This document shows, piece by piece, positions 50,808 through 64,000 of a stretch of DNA of 64,000 bases (position 1 is its first letter; every line of letters starts with the position of its first letter). The stretch spans positions 85,064,001-85,128,000 of the forward strand of contig NC_092351.1 of NCBI RefSeq assembly GCF_963676685.1, given 5' to 3'. Position numbers and translations under genes: made by a program. The DNA comes from Mytilus edulis (Eukaryota). A model generated the notes under the pieces. It did no database searches. It saw only the letters and a program-made list of their open reading frames with translations, and was not told where the DNA came from.

Positions 50808-53800
50808 GTTCAGGAATTGGAAAACTCAAGGAAGCTAGACCAATAAGATGTAAGTATGTTGATATCTGATATCATGTTTTATTTCCGACCTTGCAAGACC
50901 TTCATGGATAGTCAAAATCATGTAAAACTCGACTGGTCGTCATGTGTTAACTAGTTTGTAGAGAGAGTGCATATTGGTATGTTACATTATATACCATTAT
51001 CAAACCCGAATTACTCTTCTATTACGAAAAAACCACTGTCTGAATGTATGTTTGAGTACTCGTTACTAGGTATTTGCCAGTTGCACATATATACTCAATA
51101 CAATATGCATATTAAAACCATGTTTTTGTATACATGTAATTCATGAATTTTATTTCATTTATACAAAGTAAAATTTTCACCTTAGAAACATTCTTTCAAA
51201 TAGTTTTAACATAGAGTAAGGAGAGTTTCGCACTATCTATACGTTAAGATACCATCTAAATAAATGGTTGAAGGGATATACGAACTTCGAATAAAATCTC
51301 TAAACAACAACAAAGGTCACATGAATCTTCAAATAAGTCGCATAGCTAATTTTAACACATATGTTGCGCCTTTTGCAGTTAAAGATGAAAAGAAAACTGA
51401 ATGTGTGTAGCTAAATGTTTTCAATAGCAATATGTATTTAACTGAAAAATTGGGTTCACTGATTAGGATGCAACAATTCGGAAAAATGTATTAACATATT
51501 CATAGTAAATTTCAAAATGATATCATTTAAATCAAATATAGATAAATTAATCGGTTAAATATTCACTTAACATTTCACTTCAGTATAGGTATCATGTCCT
51601 GCGTCACATCTAGATTGTTTTTCCCTAACAAGGAAGCCGCGGAAGGAGGCACGGTTTGTTAAGATAAAAACAAGTTAACATGCGTAGATGGAGAATGAAA
51701 CTATATTAAAAAAAAGCTGCTGACAGATGTATTGTCAGTCATAGTCCAGGCATTGAAACAAGTACCTTGTGTATAAGTGGTATTTATTGGTATCTCTTAT
51801 AGGGTATGTAATGAATAATATTATACTAAAATAGTGTCTTTGCGTATACAAAAATAAATGTCTGAAAAAAAATGGCTCTTAAAATGGTCAATTATATTTA
51901 TGAGAATCGATTTAGGAAAAAAAAGAATTAAACTAAACGCTAATTAAATAGTTTTAAGGTGGTACCCAACACTTTAACTAAAAATAATTTGGCTCGTTTA
52001 ATTTTCTTAAATTTTGTCAAAGTATTTACTTTGACCCTTTAACAAAAATATAAAAATTTCAAAAACTTTGAATCAACCGTTTTGTCAGAAAAATTACACT
52101 GGCTATATAGCAGTTTGACACCAATTTTTATCATTGAGAAGCTTAATATTCCTTTTACATTGTAACGTTCAGCCGATTTTACAGAGTTATCTCCCTGTAG
52201 TGTTAGGTACAACCTTAATGTGTAAAAAATGAAAGAAAATTGAAATATATCAAGACGAAGAAAATTAAGTAAACCTTTTTATTTTTTTGTAGACAACAAT
52301 TGAATTAAATACAGTAAATAACGATATTTTTGGGATTTTGTACGAACAAGGACAATAATAATAAAAAAAAAATAATATAGAAACGGAGACAGCAAATTAA
52401 ATATAATAGTAACGATTTGATTTTATGTTTAAGACAAATGAAGATAAAAAATTAGAAAGAAACAGTGACAATATTTATTTTGGTTTAAGACAAACGGAAC
52501 AACAACAACAAAATTTACACTAACGACTGTTTTTGGTTTAAGAAAAGCGGAGACAACAATTAAAAAAATAAACAGCAGTAAAGATTTTTTGTTTATTGTA
52601 GATAAACGGAGACAACAATAAGTGAAATGACCAGACTGTTCCTAATCTTAGTTGTTGTAAGCGTAGTGGTGCAAACTGTCAGCTCAAACAAAAGTAATAA
52701 CTTTTAATAATCATGACAAAGAAATATATGTACGGTAAAATTCTCATTAACTTTCAATCCTGCTTTGAATTTGATAACTATCAAAATAGTGAATGGAAAT
52801 GGGGAATGTGTTAAAGAGACAACAACCCCATCATTGAGCAGACAACAATCTCGAAGGCCACCAAAATGTCTTCAATGCAGCGAGAAACTCCCGTACATGG
52901 AGGCGTGCTTCAGTTTGGTCCCTATACAAAAATGTATACTAGTTAAGGGATAATGGTCATCATACTAAACTCAAAATATACACAAGAAACAAGTTGCATG
53001 GTTAACATAAGAGAAAAAAAAAATGATCAGGACGGTTAGTTTTTTTTAATTTAGAATAAATTAAGTGATTAATTATAAATCGGACTGTTTACTTTTAAAA
53101 CAGTAATTGTATAAATTAACCTGTGTAATATAAATTATCTCTCCGTTATTCAGCTAATGGAATGGGAAAACGCAAGAAAGCTAGACGAAGTAAGTATGTT
53201 TGTCTAATGCTAAGTTAGTTTCTGTGTGTGTTATATTTTATTGTTGTGTCGTTGTTCTCCTCTTACATTTAATGCATTTCCCTCGGTTTTAGTTTGTAAC
53301 CCGGATTTGTTTTTTTTCTATCGATTTATGAGTTTCGAACAGTGGTACATGTATACTACTGTTGCGTTTATTGATATCTAATATCATGTTTCATTACTGA
53401 CTGTGCAAAACCTTCATGGTTAATCAAGGTCGTCATGTGTTTACTAGTTTGTAGAGACTCAGAGAGTGCATATTGGAATGTTACATTAAATACCCTTATC
53501 AAACCTGAATTACTCTTCTATTACTAAATACAACTGTCTGAGTGTATGTTTTTGCTACTAGGTATTTGCCAGTTCCACATATATACTCAATACAATATGC
53601 ATATTAATACCACGCTTTTGTATAAATGTATTTCATAAATTTTATATCGTCTTGGTGATAATATTTTTACCTTAGAAATATTCTTACAATAAAGTGTTTA
53701 CCATGTCTATCCACGGTTTGTGGTACCGGAATATCAGTTCACTTCCATATAAATTTCAACATACTGTAAACCAACTTATTTTTGCCAGCAATTTTTTTCA

Positions 53801-56800
53801 TCATACTATACTCAAAATATACACAAGAAACTAAAATTAAAAATCATACAAGACAAGACAAACAAAGGCCAGAGGCTCCTGACCTGAGACAGTCGCCAAA
53901 ATGCGGCGGGGTTAAACGTGTTTTTTTTTTAGATCTTAACCCCCCCTATACCTCTATCTAATTTAGAAAAAACAAACACACAACAATACGCATATTCAAA
54001 CTCAGTTTAAAAGAAGCCCGAGTCTGATGCCAAGTAGGTAACAAAGGAAATAAACAAAATGATAATGATACATAAATTAACAATGGACTATAAGAAGTTA
54101 CTCACATGATTGAAAGATTTTGAATATCAACTATAATTACATGTATTTATTTGCTTCCTTTGTCATATTATTGCATGTTTATATTATCATTTTTTCGTAT
54201 AATGAATCTATCAAATGCCTCATTTTATGTATTGAATTCCAGATTACACTATCAAAAAGCCACCCATAAAAAAACACACTTACAAAGAGAACTTTTCTTT
54301 TATAAATATTTAAAAAATGTATGACACAACAGTGATGAATGTTTACAGTTTGGTTTCCTGTATTCGTTGCGTTCGAAGGAAATGGTAAGTCTGTGTATGA
54401 CGCATGGCGAAGTCAGTCAGAATGCAACCCTCTTCCCACGTCTTTTGCAACAGTCGGTTCTCAGCGTCATCTCAGAAATAGTGTTGTGGATGACTGGAAT
54501 AATGCAAATATACGAATGGTATGTCGCAAATTATAATGGTTTATGTCAGAACTATAACAATTCGTTCCGAACTAAATTTATTAAGACATCATTTTATTTT
54601 ATTCATTATATCAATATATTAACATGCATACGTTCATTTTAAGTTCACAGCAAAACAAGAGAAGTCAACACATTTCGTTTTCATTCAAATATGATTTCTA
54701 TAATTCACAGGTGAAGGTTGAATTTTTCAAAAACAACCAAGTTGTTGCATGGATGACTTTTAATGGTACGAATACAGATAAGATGAACTGGTTTAGCAAA
54801 TCAAACCTTGCGCAGAGTAGTTTTAATGATTTAGGATCACGCAGTACATTTAACTACTTTTCGATTGCTGGGTAAATGTTTGCTAAATATATAATTATTA
54901 TGTTTTATTTAATGGAGGCACAAAACTTATTCTTTGTCCAATTGCTTTCAGTGTTGATTTCATCGTCAATCATTCATAGCTCTTTAAGTTCAAATTAAGT
55001 AACAGTCATTCCATGTTAAAGCACTAGATTAGATTGCATTGTACTGAAAAAAATCTTCATACGTTTAATTTCATATCAGGGCTTATCGTCCGTTCTTTCG
55101 CCTATATCATCTGACAAATGCGCTCCGTAACTCTTGACACAAAGTAAGAAGAAACATTATCAAGTGTAAAATTGTCTAAAAGAGGAAGAAAAAAACAAAA
55201 AAGAACAATAAACAGATTTTCGGTTTTCCTATAAATATCGTAAATTATCAGCTGATTAACACATTGTGAACATTGTTTGCTCGTTCGATGTAGTCATTGG
55301 CCCACAAAGTTTCACATTGTACATGATGTTAATTGCAACTGATATTTCAATCGGTAGAACACCCCATTATTTCTCCGTACTTGTTTTTTGGAACCTATGA
55401 AGTACAATTCATTTACTTGAGATATGTGAAATAGGCAATAATTTACCCTTCTTTTTTTAAATTCATGCATTTTTGTGTCATTTCAATCATGAAAAAAAGT
55501 TCCCAACAATGACAACACTTCATTATGTTTCATTTAATACACACTTTACCAATATATGCATACATGTGTATTTTGAAACTAACACGCATGCGTAGTAAGA
55601 AGTTTGTTTTTTATATGATGTACTACTTTCTTGTATGTTCTTTACGATCGGGAAAAATTAGTTGTGGTACACATAATACAGAAGCTATGACCAAATTTCC
55701 CGATTCCAATTTCAAAATGATAATCTTTCTTTACCTTAGCAGCAATACACGAACTACTCCTCGTATTGAATAAACCATTTGTCAACCCATATGATATTCA
55801 AGAGATTGGAGCTGCTACTTTCAAAGTTAATGAGCCAGGGTTTTGACAAAGAACGTCTCGTCATTAATCTCAAAAAGTTCCTCGAAAAGCACCACGATCT
55901 TATAAATGAATTGCTAGTGTCTGCTACTCAAATATTTCACAATGGTATTGAGTTATAGATTATAGGTGCTGAAGTGATTTAACTTTTTGATTTACTTTAG
56001 TTTTCTAGTTAATTGCCTCCGTGCTATTATGCTTCTTTTTTATTGGTTATATGATTTTTGTCTGTGATGTATATATGTTTACACAGTTTTGACTATTGTC
56101 ACATTTACTTAATTTGTCTGTTTGGGTTGCGCACCCAACTATGTCAATATAACGGATTTATACTGCAACTAGTTGTGTTTATTTCCCAAATATAGTAACA
56201 TAGCTATATTTTGAATAATGTCAATTTCAACATGGAACACTTTTTCCACAAGCAGGGGTCCATTAAGGGATGAAATTCAGTTTGATATTTGTGTAACGAT
56301 TTAAAAAGCTACAAATGTCTTAATTTATAATGATTATAGAGGTTGTTTATAGATATACAATATCAGGTCAATGTCAGGAAAATATAAAACTGTGGAAAGG
56401 CTCCGAGTCGATAGAGCCTCGCCCTTCCCAAATTTCTTAGCCTCTTACAATTTTTTTTTATATTTTACTGACATTGACCTAATATTGTATATCTATAAAC
56501 AACCTCTATAAAAATGGAAGGGTTATCTAGCTATAAAGCAAGGTTATACCCACTATTTTCTTCGTAAACATGGTAACATGTCTGTACAAAGTCGGGGATA
56601 TGATAGTTGTTTTTCATTCCTTCCATTAGTCGATAACGTTTGATTTTGTCCGTTTTTACGGACTTATCTGTTTAATTTAACTTGGAGTTCGGCATTTTTG
56701 TTATAAGTTTTTATAATTACATGGAAAATGGATATCCTTATGTCATAGAATGGTTTCCAATACCGTGTGAATGAACGTCATTGTATATTTTGTTTTTATA

Positions 56801-58423
56801 ATCCATCACATTGTTAGTTTCGAAAGTCAAACTGTGCGTAAACAACCTATTTCAAGGAACTGTTTTCTGCCTAAAACCACATTATAAAATTGAATAGAAT
56901 AAACTACACAATCAAACAAAGTTACAAAAAAATAAACATGTATTAGAAAAGGTCAAATTATAAAAATCTTTTTGAAAAACATTGTCACGATACAGTATTA
57001 CATTTGATTGTTGTCTTATGTTAATTCATCAAATACGTTTCAATTTTTACATCAAATACATTTTTCCAGATATCATCAACGAAAATTCTATGTAAATCAA
57101 AACTTCGGAGGATGTGCTAAAGATAAAGGGTGGATGTACGTCCTTGATCAAAATAGACGCTGTCCATATGCACGAATTGGCTCGATTCCGTTGTTCCTTT
57201 ATACAAAGAACTTCACAGATAGAAATTGGACACGTAGTAAGTACAAATGGAGTTTTAAACAATCTATTCCTTGTTTGAAAACGTTGTGCAATTAGTGTTT
57301 GTTAATAATTATGATTTGAGATATAAGGTTTAGATGCTTGTTCTCTTCGCTTAAGTTAAGGGTGGTTTATTATTCAAAAGATCAAAGGTCTAGAAAAATA
57401 AACAAATTTTTAGTGAAAATGCAATCTGTTTTGAAGGAATAAGTCATATATTAACCATTCCCAAAATGCCCTTTTATCGAATTATTTTGGTGTTCCTATC
57501 TTACTTAAGGTAACGTAAACTAGCAAAAAAAATCAATGATAAAGTTGCTGAATTTCACGTTTATTGTCATGTTATAAAGATTGTAAAGGTTGCAGTAACC
57601 TTCCTCCGGATAGTTACGGAAGCGAACTTTTATAAGAACAGGAAGAAAATTATATTGATTGATTTATACTTGGCTGCTTTACGTCCAGCAGAAACAAATT
57701 TGTGGAAAGGCTTACATATAAGCACTTTTTTTCATTTGTTTATTTTAAGCAATTAATAAAAGTATTCGGGAAGTAATGTTTGCTATTAATGTTTTTAAAT
57801 CAGTGTAAAAACTCAGCAACGATATATGGCGTACATATTTTACTCAAGATGTTCGGTTCGTCTACACAGTAATATACAGGCGCCAACAGAAAGATTATAA
57901 TCGGAAGACAAAGGCAAACACTAATTGAATTGCATTTAAACCAAAAAACAAAGAAAAGTGTTTCCAAATACGACAACGGCAATCAATCCCTGGGGACTGA
58001 AAACCTTAGTACATTGCTATAATTTGAATTATGTTAAACTTTATAAACAGTTATTTTACAGAAAATTAACATTTCAATGATAAGTTGATAACTCCAACGT
58101 CCTGGCTTCTGGCATGGCGATTTCAAAGTGGACAAAACTTCCACCATCAGAATCAACCAAGGAGTTGTAAAAAAACTCACCAAAGCTATCGGCGTATACG
58201 TACACTTGCTTTTTTGTAGGCACATTCTTTTCTTTTTTATTTAAATTAATCTAAAATGGTAATATTATTGGATACTCGGGTAAAGAAATAAGCGAGATTT
58301 TAGAACAAATAAAAACATTTTTTAAAGATTCATGCTGCAGTTTTTTAATTTAATTTTATGTTTTTTGTAGACATTGCAGAACCAGCGGATATGATGGTTA
58401 TTTCTGTCCTAGCAGAATTATAG
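50808..58423 (+). CDS. Copy 4 of the same gene, 5'-truncated, most divergent 3' half (ORF intact)
   Basis: Exons 50808-50849, 53154-53189, 54349-54518, 54711-54871, 57070-57236 (YHQRKFYVNQNFGGCAKDKGW...), 58371-58423 (NIAEPADMMVISVLAEL*). Confidence 0.75.
55670..55957 (+). pseudogene. Penelope-like retroelement RT C-terminal relic (also ~26370-27392; partial at ~10655-10783 and ~40340-40467)
   Basis: Frameshifted peptides DSNFKMIIFLYLSSN, PSYGIYICQLTRYSRA (unit 2) and KLMSQGFDKERLVINLKKFLEKHHDLINELLVSATQIFHNG resemble, from memory, the DDFNF..NFP.LSSNIP..PAYGVYISQL.RY.RAC...KL..QG region of invertebrate PLE RTs. Confidence 0.65.
56335..56510. mobile_element. Fold-back MITE-like palindrome, unit 4 only
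   Basis: ~55-bp near-perfect inverted arms TATAGAGGTTGTTTATAGATATACAATATCAGGTCAATGTCAG / CTGACATTGACCTAATATTGTATATCTATAAACAACCTCTATA. Confidence 0.75.
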
Positions 58424-61400
58424 AGAGTTGGTAAATAAGATCAACGTTTTGCTTTGAAAGAGTTTGGCAACTGATCTGACATCCAACATATATGGAACGT
58501 TATGTTTTTCTTCTATTAGATACCAGTAATTCAATGAGTTTTTTTTTTTTTTATAGTAAACATATTTTTATATACCGGTTAAAGTACAGATCTGAATTCT
58601 CTTAAGATAAATCTGATTTTACCTGAATTATGATAGTGTTAAATAAGATATCAGTAATTCAATTGTTTTTTTTTTTGTAAACATATTTTATATACCAGTT
58701 AATAATTTTACCTGAATTATGATAATGTAATCAATTTTCCAATTAAAAACTTTCTATACACTATGTGAGTTTAGTTTCAATGTATTTAAATGGAACTTAT
58801 GTGATCAATATAAAAAAGAAGATGTGGTATGATTGCCAATGAGACAACTGTAGCCCATGCAACTTCATTTTGTTTGGTTCCAAAAAATACAAAAAGCATG
58901 AAATCCGAGTGGATAATTCAAAATCTTAACCAATGAAAAAAAGAACAAATCATTGCCATTTAAACAAAAACGATAGCTCACATAAAAAACCAGAAAATAA
59001 AAAAAAAAAAGTGTAAAAGATTTCATATTGGGTAAAAATGTGAAATGAACTAAATATCAGGTTGTCTGCATACTGATATTATAAAAGATCAGCTGCAAGA
59101 TAAACTGTTATTCTTTTCGCGAGTGAGTGCAGCGAATGCTTTCAAAAAGTCTTCATATGTGCCCAGCTGCAATTTTTACAATATCAATATGTAGTCAATC
59201 AGATAACTGAATAATTGATTCGTATTAGTAAATTTTGCATGATAAAATAAGTGTTTTCATTGTTTCAACTGCAAACCGGACGATAACAGGATAAGTTTTG
59301 GTCAATCTTATTAACGCCTGTACATTCCTTATAACGTCGATGGCATGTTCGGGTCAAATGTATGTAGGCCGGCTCAACGTACTACACGCAACAAAGCTGT
59401 GATAGCCATTTTATTCATAGCTTAGTACATTGGACGATCGACCAAGCTTGATATCAGCCTGAGTTATCAAAATTCAATTCTATAATAATAAATCTGTTCG
59501 GGCCAAATTTATTTGGACCGGGTTAACGTACTACACGCCACAAAGCTGTAACAGCTATTTTATGCATAGCTTAGTAGTGTGATACAGACATTGGACGATC
59601 GACCAAGCTTGATATCAGCCGGAGTTATTAAAATTCAATTTAATAATAATAAAGCTGTTCGGATCAACTTTATTTAGGTCGGGTCAACGTCCTTCACGCC
59701 ACAAAGTCGTAATAGCAGTTGTATTCATAGCAGAGTGTGATACGGACATCGGACGATCCATTAAGCTTGATATCAGCCCGAGTTATTAAAATTCAATTTA
59801 ATGATTATAAAGCTGTTCGGGTCGAATTTATTTAGGCCGGGTCAACGTAGTTCACGCCACAAAGTCGTAATAGCAGTTTTATTGATAGCCGAGTGTGATA
59901 CGGACATTGGATTAAACTTGATATCAGCCTGAGTTATTACAAGTCAATTCAATAATATACGAGCCTTAAGAAGGTTTATGGCTGTTATTTAAAGTTAAAA
60001 AGAAATATTATTTATTTGTTGGAGGAGAATTATATTAAAATTAAGAGATGTGTTAGGACAACTACAAATGAAAGCCCAAATGATGTGTGTATAAGCATCA
60101 ATAAGTCGACAGTGAGACTTGAACAATGATCAAATATAACCCTATGTAAGATAAAATACAACTCGACATAAGCTTATGTTATAGAAATCAAACGAAAACA
60201 CTAGCGGCATGTTTTATGACCAAACAATAAAACAAAATATAACAGACAGCTATTAACGAGAAACCCTGAATTACAGGCTCACGAGTTAAAGACTGATGTA
60301 GAATGTAGCGAGGTAAAATATACTTCGAGAGCTCAGTCTTCCTTCTTATTTGAGACCATGGTGTTATAGCAAAACAGTTGAATGTTAAGGGTTTTAACAT
60401 TAACAGTCAGACAAAATACACGTTACTACTTCATGGTTACTCAGGTCACTGAGAGGCACTTATAATTATTGAATAAATCATGTCCTAACATGTTAAAGAA
60501 TCAATCAGTACACACACGAAATATTGAAAAATATAACCATGTCTTTGATATTTGAAAATCATCATTGAATTAACGAATAGTCAATGGAAATTTGGAAATT
60601 TCGTATCATATTTCGGAGAAGAGCTATTGAATCAGTATATTCATCGTATTTCTTATATAGAGATGACTTAGCTGTATTTGGCAAAACTGTTAGGAAGTTG
60701 GTCCTCAATGCTCTTCAACTTCGTATTTTATTTGGCATTTTTAACATATTTTGATTCGAGTATGACTGATGAGTCTTTGTAGACGACACGTGCTTGTGGC
60801 GTATATGTGAAATTTCAATCCTGGTATATATCATGAGTTTATTCGAAAAAAAAAGTATAAACCCAGTGATTTATATTCAAATTGACTAATGACATCTAGC
60901 TTTATTGCTAATTCCGGAGAACATTGTCAGCCCAGTAAATGTAGTGTGGTCAGTGTTTCGGTACCTTTCTTTTTTTGTACTTCATATACAAATATATAAA
61001 TGAATGCTTAAGATGGGAAAAATAAGTAAAATGCAATTTTAGTAAATTGTTTTATCGAAATGTTAATTTTGTGGCCTTCTTGGAATTGTATTTTTTTTAA
61101 CACTTCGCAACTTTATATTTAAAAGTTTGCAAACAAATTAACAACAGCTATAGTAGTGGACAACTTTACATGAAATATGTGCATAACTGCACAAAAAGTA
61201 GAAAGCGTAACCTTCGGAAAAAAACAAAAACCACAACAACGATCTATTTTTTTTTAAATCTACAACAGGAAAAGATGGAGATTGTGAATTACACGTAAAA
61301 ACACAAATACAGTTTTGGCGTCGATATTTGAATTTTGACAAAAATATAAGTGGTATTATACCAAAAGAAAAGAAGTATTTTACGTCACAGTACTGTGACA

Positions 61401-61469
61401 AACGGAGAACGAAAACGCTCGAAGACAGTGCTTTATTGAGGGACCAACAACTACTAATAACGGACTAAT

Positions 61470-61602
61470 TTCAAGATTTAAAGATTTTATTGTACACTCT
61501 GACAGTTTACACTGTTACAAGAGGCAGATATACATAATATACAGCTTGACAGAAGTGGTATAATAACAGAACAAAACTGAAATAAACATATATACAGGTC
61601 AA
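61470..61602 (-). mobile_element. Probable 3' end of a non-LTR retrotransposon, unit 4 only
   Basis: Insertion within CGGACTAAT|GAGG, with TAAT at both ends; reverse complement ends AATAAAATCTTTAAATCTTGAA (poly(A) signal plus short-repeat tail). Confidence 0.5.
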
Positions 61603-63811
61603 TAATGAGGATAGAAACTTACAAAAATTATGAGATTTAATATAATTTTATCGCACTTTATTTATAATTGATGAACAAGACGCAAATGTTAATAATGAAA
61701 CAGATGATGTCCGGCAATGGTAAAATTATTAAACTAAAATCAACCTTAAGATTGACCTTTGGAAAAATACCAAAACCACATCTGCGATTTGTTTTTACAA
61801 TATATTACAGGAAAATATATATATTGTGAATTACACTTTCAAACGAATACAGTTTAAGCGTCGTTGCCATACTGTTCTAGTGATCAAGTGATAAAGTTAT
61901 AAAAAACGAATTAATAAAAAAATACCCTATCTTTGATATTTAAGATTTATCATTGACCTAACGAATAGCCAATGGAAATTTGGAAATTAGTATCAATTTT
62001 TTGAGAAGAGCTATTGAATTAACATATTCATCGTATTATGTATGCATACCACACTGTGTTCAATTGTACACAAGGTATAACTAATCTCGTTTGGATTGTT
62101 TTACATTGTCTTATCGGGGCCTTTTATAGCTGATTATGCGGTATGGGCTTTGCTCATTGGTCAAGGGCGGATGGTGACCTATAGTTGTTAATGTCTGTGT
62201 CATTTTGGTCTCCTGTGGACAGTTTTCTCATTGGCAATCATACCACATCTTCTTTTTATATAATAATGTGAAAAATAGATGATTGCCACATCCATAAGAA
62301 AAACTATGATATAGAGATGACTAAAGTCTTATAAAAGGGAAAGTTATTCCTGCTCATTGTAGTATAAATGAACTCATCATAGATACCAGGATTGAAATTT
62401 TATATTAACGCCAGACGTACGTTTCGTTTACAAAATACTCATCAGTGACGCTCGAATTAAAAAATGTTAAAAAGGCCAAATAAAGTACGATGTTGAAGAG
62501 CATAGAGGAACAAAATTTCATAAATAAACTCAGTGATTTATATTCACATTGACAAATAATATCGTACTTCATTACTTATTCCGGAAAACATGGTAAGCCA
62601 TGTAAATGTAGTGTAGTCAATGCTTTGGTACTTTTTTTTTATTAGTTCATTTACAAATTTATATGTATAAATGAATGCTTAAGATGGAAAAAAAGTAAAT
62701 TGCAATTCTAGTAAATTGTTTTATCGAAATGTTGATTTTGTTTGTGTGACCTTCTTGCATTGTGATTTTTTTAACAGTTCGCAACTTCATATTTGGAAGT
62801 TAGCAAAAATATTAATAACAGCTACATGTATCTGGACAACTAAAAACACCAAAAACCACAACTGCGATAATTTTTTATTAATCTATAACAGGAAAAGATG
62901 GCTATTGTGAATTACACGAAAAATACAAATACAGTTTTGGCGTCGATAATTTGAATTTCGACAAAAATATAAGTGTTTTTAAACCAAAAGAAAAGAAGTA
63001 TTTTACGTTAAAGCAGTGTGACAAATGGAGAATGAAAACACTTGAAGACAGTGCTTCATTGAGAGATCAAAAACTACTAACAACGGACTAATGAGGATGG
63101 AAACTTATAAAAATACTATTTTTGTTTAATGGGATTGAATGTAATTTTATCGCATTGTATTCATATTTTATGAAAAAGTCGCAAATGTTAAAAATGAAAC
63201 ATGAAATCCGACAATAGTAAAATTATTAAACTGAAAATCAAATCAACCTTGAGATTAATTACCGTTTGGAAAAACACCAAAACCACATCTACGATTTGTT
63301 TTTACAATGTATAACAGGAAAATATATATATTGTGAATTACACGTTCAAACAAATACAGTTTAGCGTCGTTGTCATACTGTTCTAGTAATAAACTGGAAG
63401 TTTGTTTAATGTAAGTGAAATTTTAACAATTTTTAAATGATAAATCCGATATAAATCTTTGAATTATTGCTGATTTCAACACAAAAGCCCGTTAACAAAT
63501 CATATATGCAATACAAACGGTGACTTATTAATTTTATGGACGTTAAATACGGTGAAAAATATTGTCCTTTTGATTGATAACTTAATATAACTGATAACAT
63601 AAGAGAAAACCCAAACAAATCACAATTATTTTCTTTTAAATAAAATAAAAAGAAAAATGTCGGCAAAAAGCTCTACAGAGCGTATGTTTGTTATTTTTCA
63701 TGTAAACCAACCTAAAATAAAATGTTCTATTCTATTTTATTCTAAAAACAATATTTTAACTTTTCGTTTATTGATAAGGTAATTTATTTTGTATGCACTT
63801 TTATGATCTAG

Positions 63812-63898
63812 TATAAAACTGAACGCTGAAATGACCATGTGTATCTATCTTAGCTCTTATTTTGCTTGTTGTTAAAGAAAGTGTCAGCACAACAGAAG
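63812..63898 (+). pseudogene. Putative signal-peptide exon of a downstream gene, out of frame with its ATGs
   Basis: Acceptor TTTTATGATCTAG, ATGs at 63831 and 63837, then VSILALILLVVKESVSTTE-g and donor GTAAGA (63899). The hydrophobic frame is shifted 1 nt from both ATGs. Confidence 0.5.
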
Positions 63899-64000
63899 GT
63901 AAGAACTATATACATGTTAGTGCTAGTCATTTTATGCAGTATTTAAATGCGCCCGTAGAAAATTCAACAAAATATGCCTATTCTGTATAGAATCAAATGA

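Larger units (their letters stand above)
49095..63156 (+). repeat. Segmental tandem duplication unit 4 (~14.1 kb)
   Basis: Colinear; after ATCGCATT (~63156) it runs into downstream flank instead of the junction sequence. Confidence 0.9.

Overview
AT-rich, intron-rich animal genomic DNA. The repeat families and a hammerhead retrozyme suggest a bivalve, probably Mytilus (inference). Almost the whole window (857-~63156) is a four-copy head-to-tail duplication with units of about 18.5, 14.8, 14.9 and 14.1 kb. Each unit holds the last six coding exons of a + strand gene: two basic micro-exons of 42 and 36 nt, then four exons encoding an uncharacterised ~180-aa domain (W-x-x-VF..GNG.SVY..W / NWF / NYFSI.G / YGGC..D.GW / FLY). 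Only copy 1 is preceded by an upstream exon (299-370, CPDGLTSSTGFTPGC). Copies 2-4 lack the 5' end, yet keep open frames and intact GT-AG sites, differ in amino acid sequence, and all carry an in-frame ATG in micro-exon B (MGKRKKARR...). Introns and spacers hold a near-intact 355-nt-period hammerhead retrozyme plus decayed copies, a Helentron-like (HINE) element with a nested MITE, several other MITEs, Penelope-like RT relics, and a 48-bp minisatellite expanded in one copy only. The last 650 bp look like the start of a further gene whose signal-peptide exon is out of frame with its ATGs. Most ORF-track entries are spurious or are single exons.
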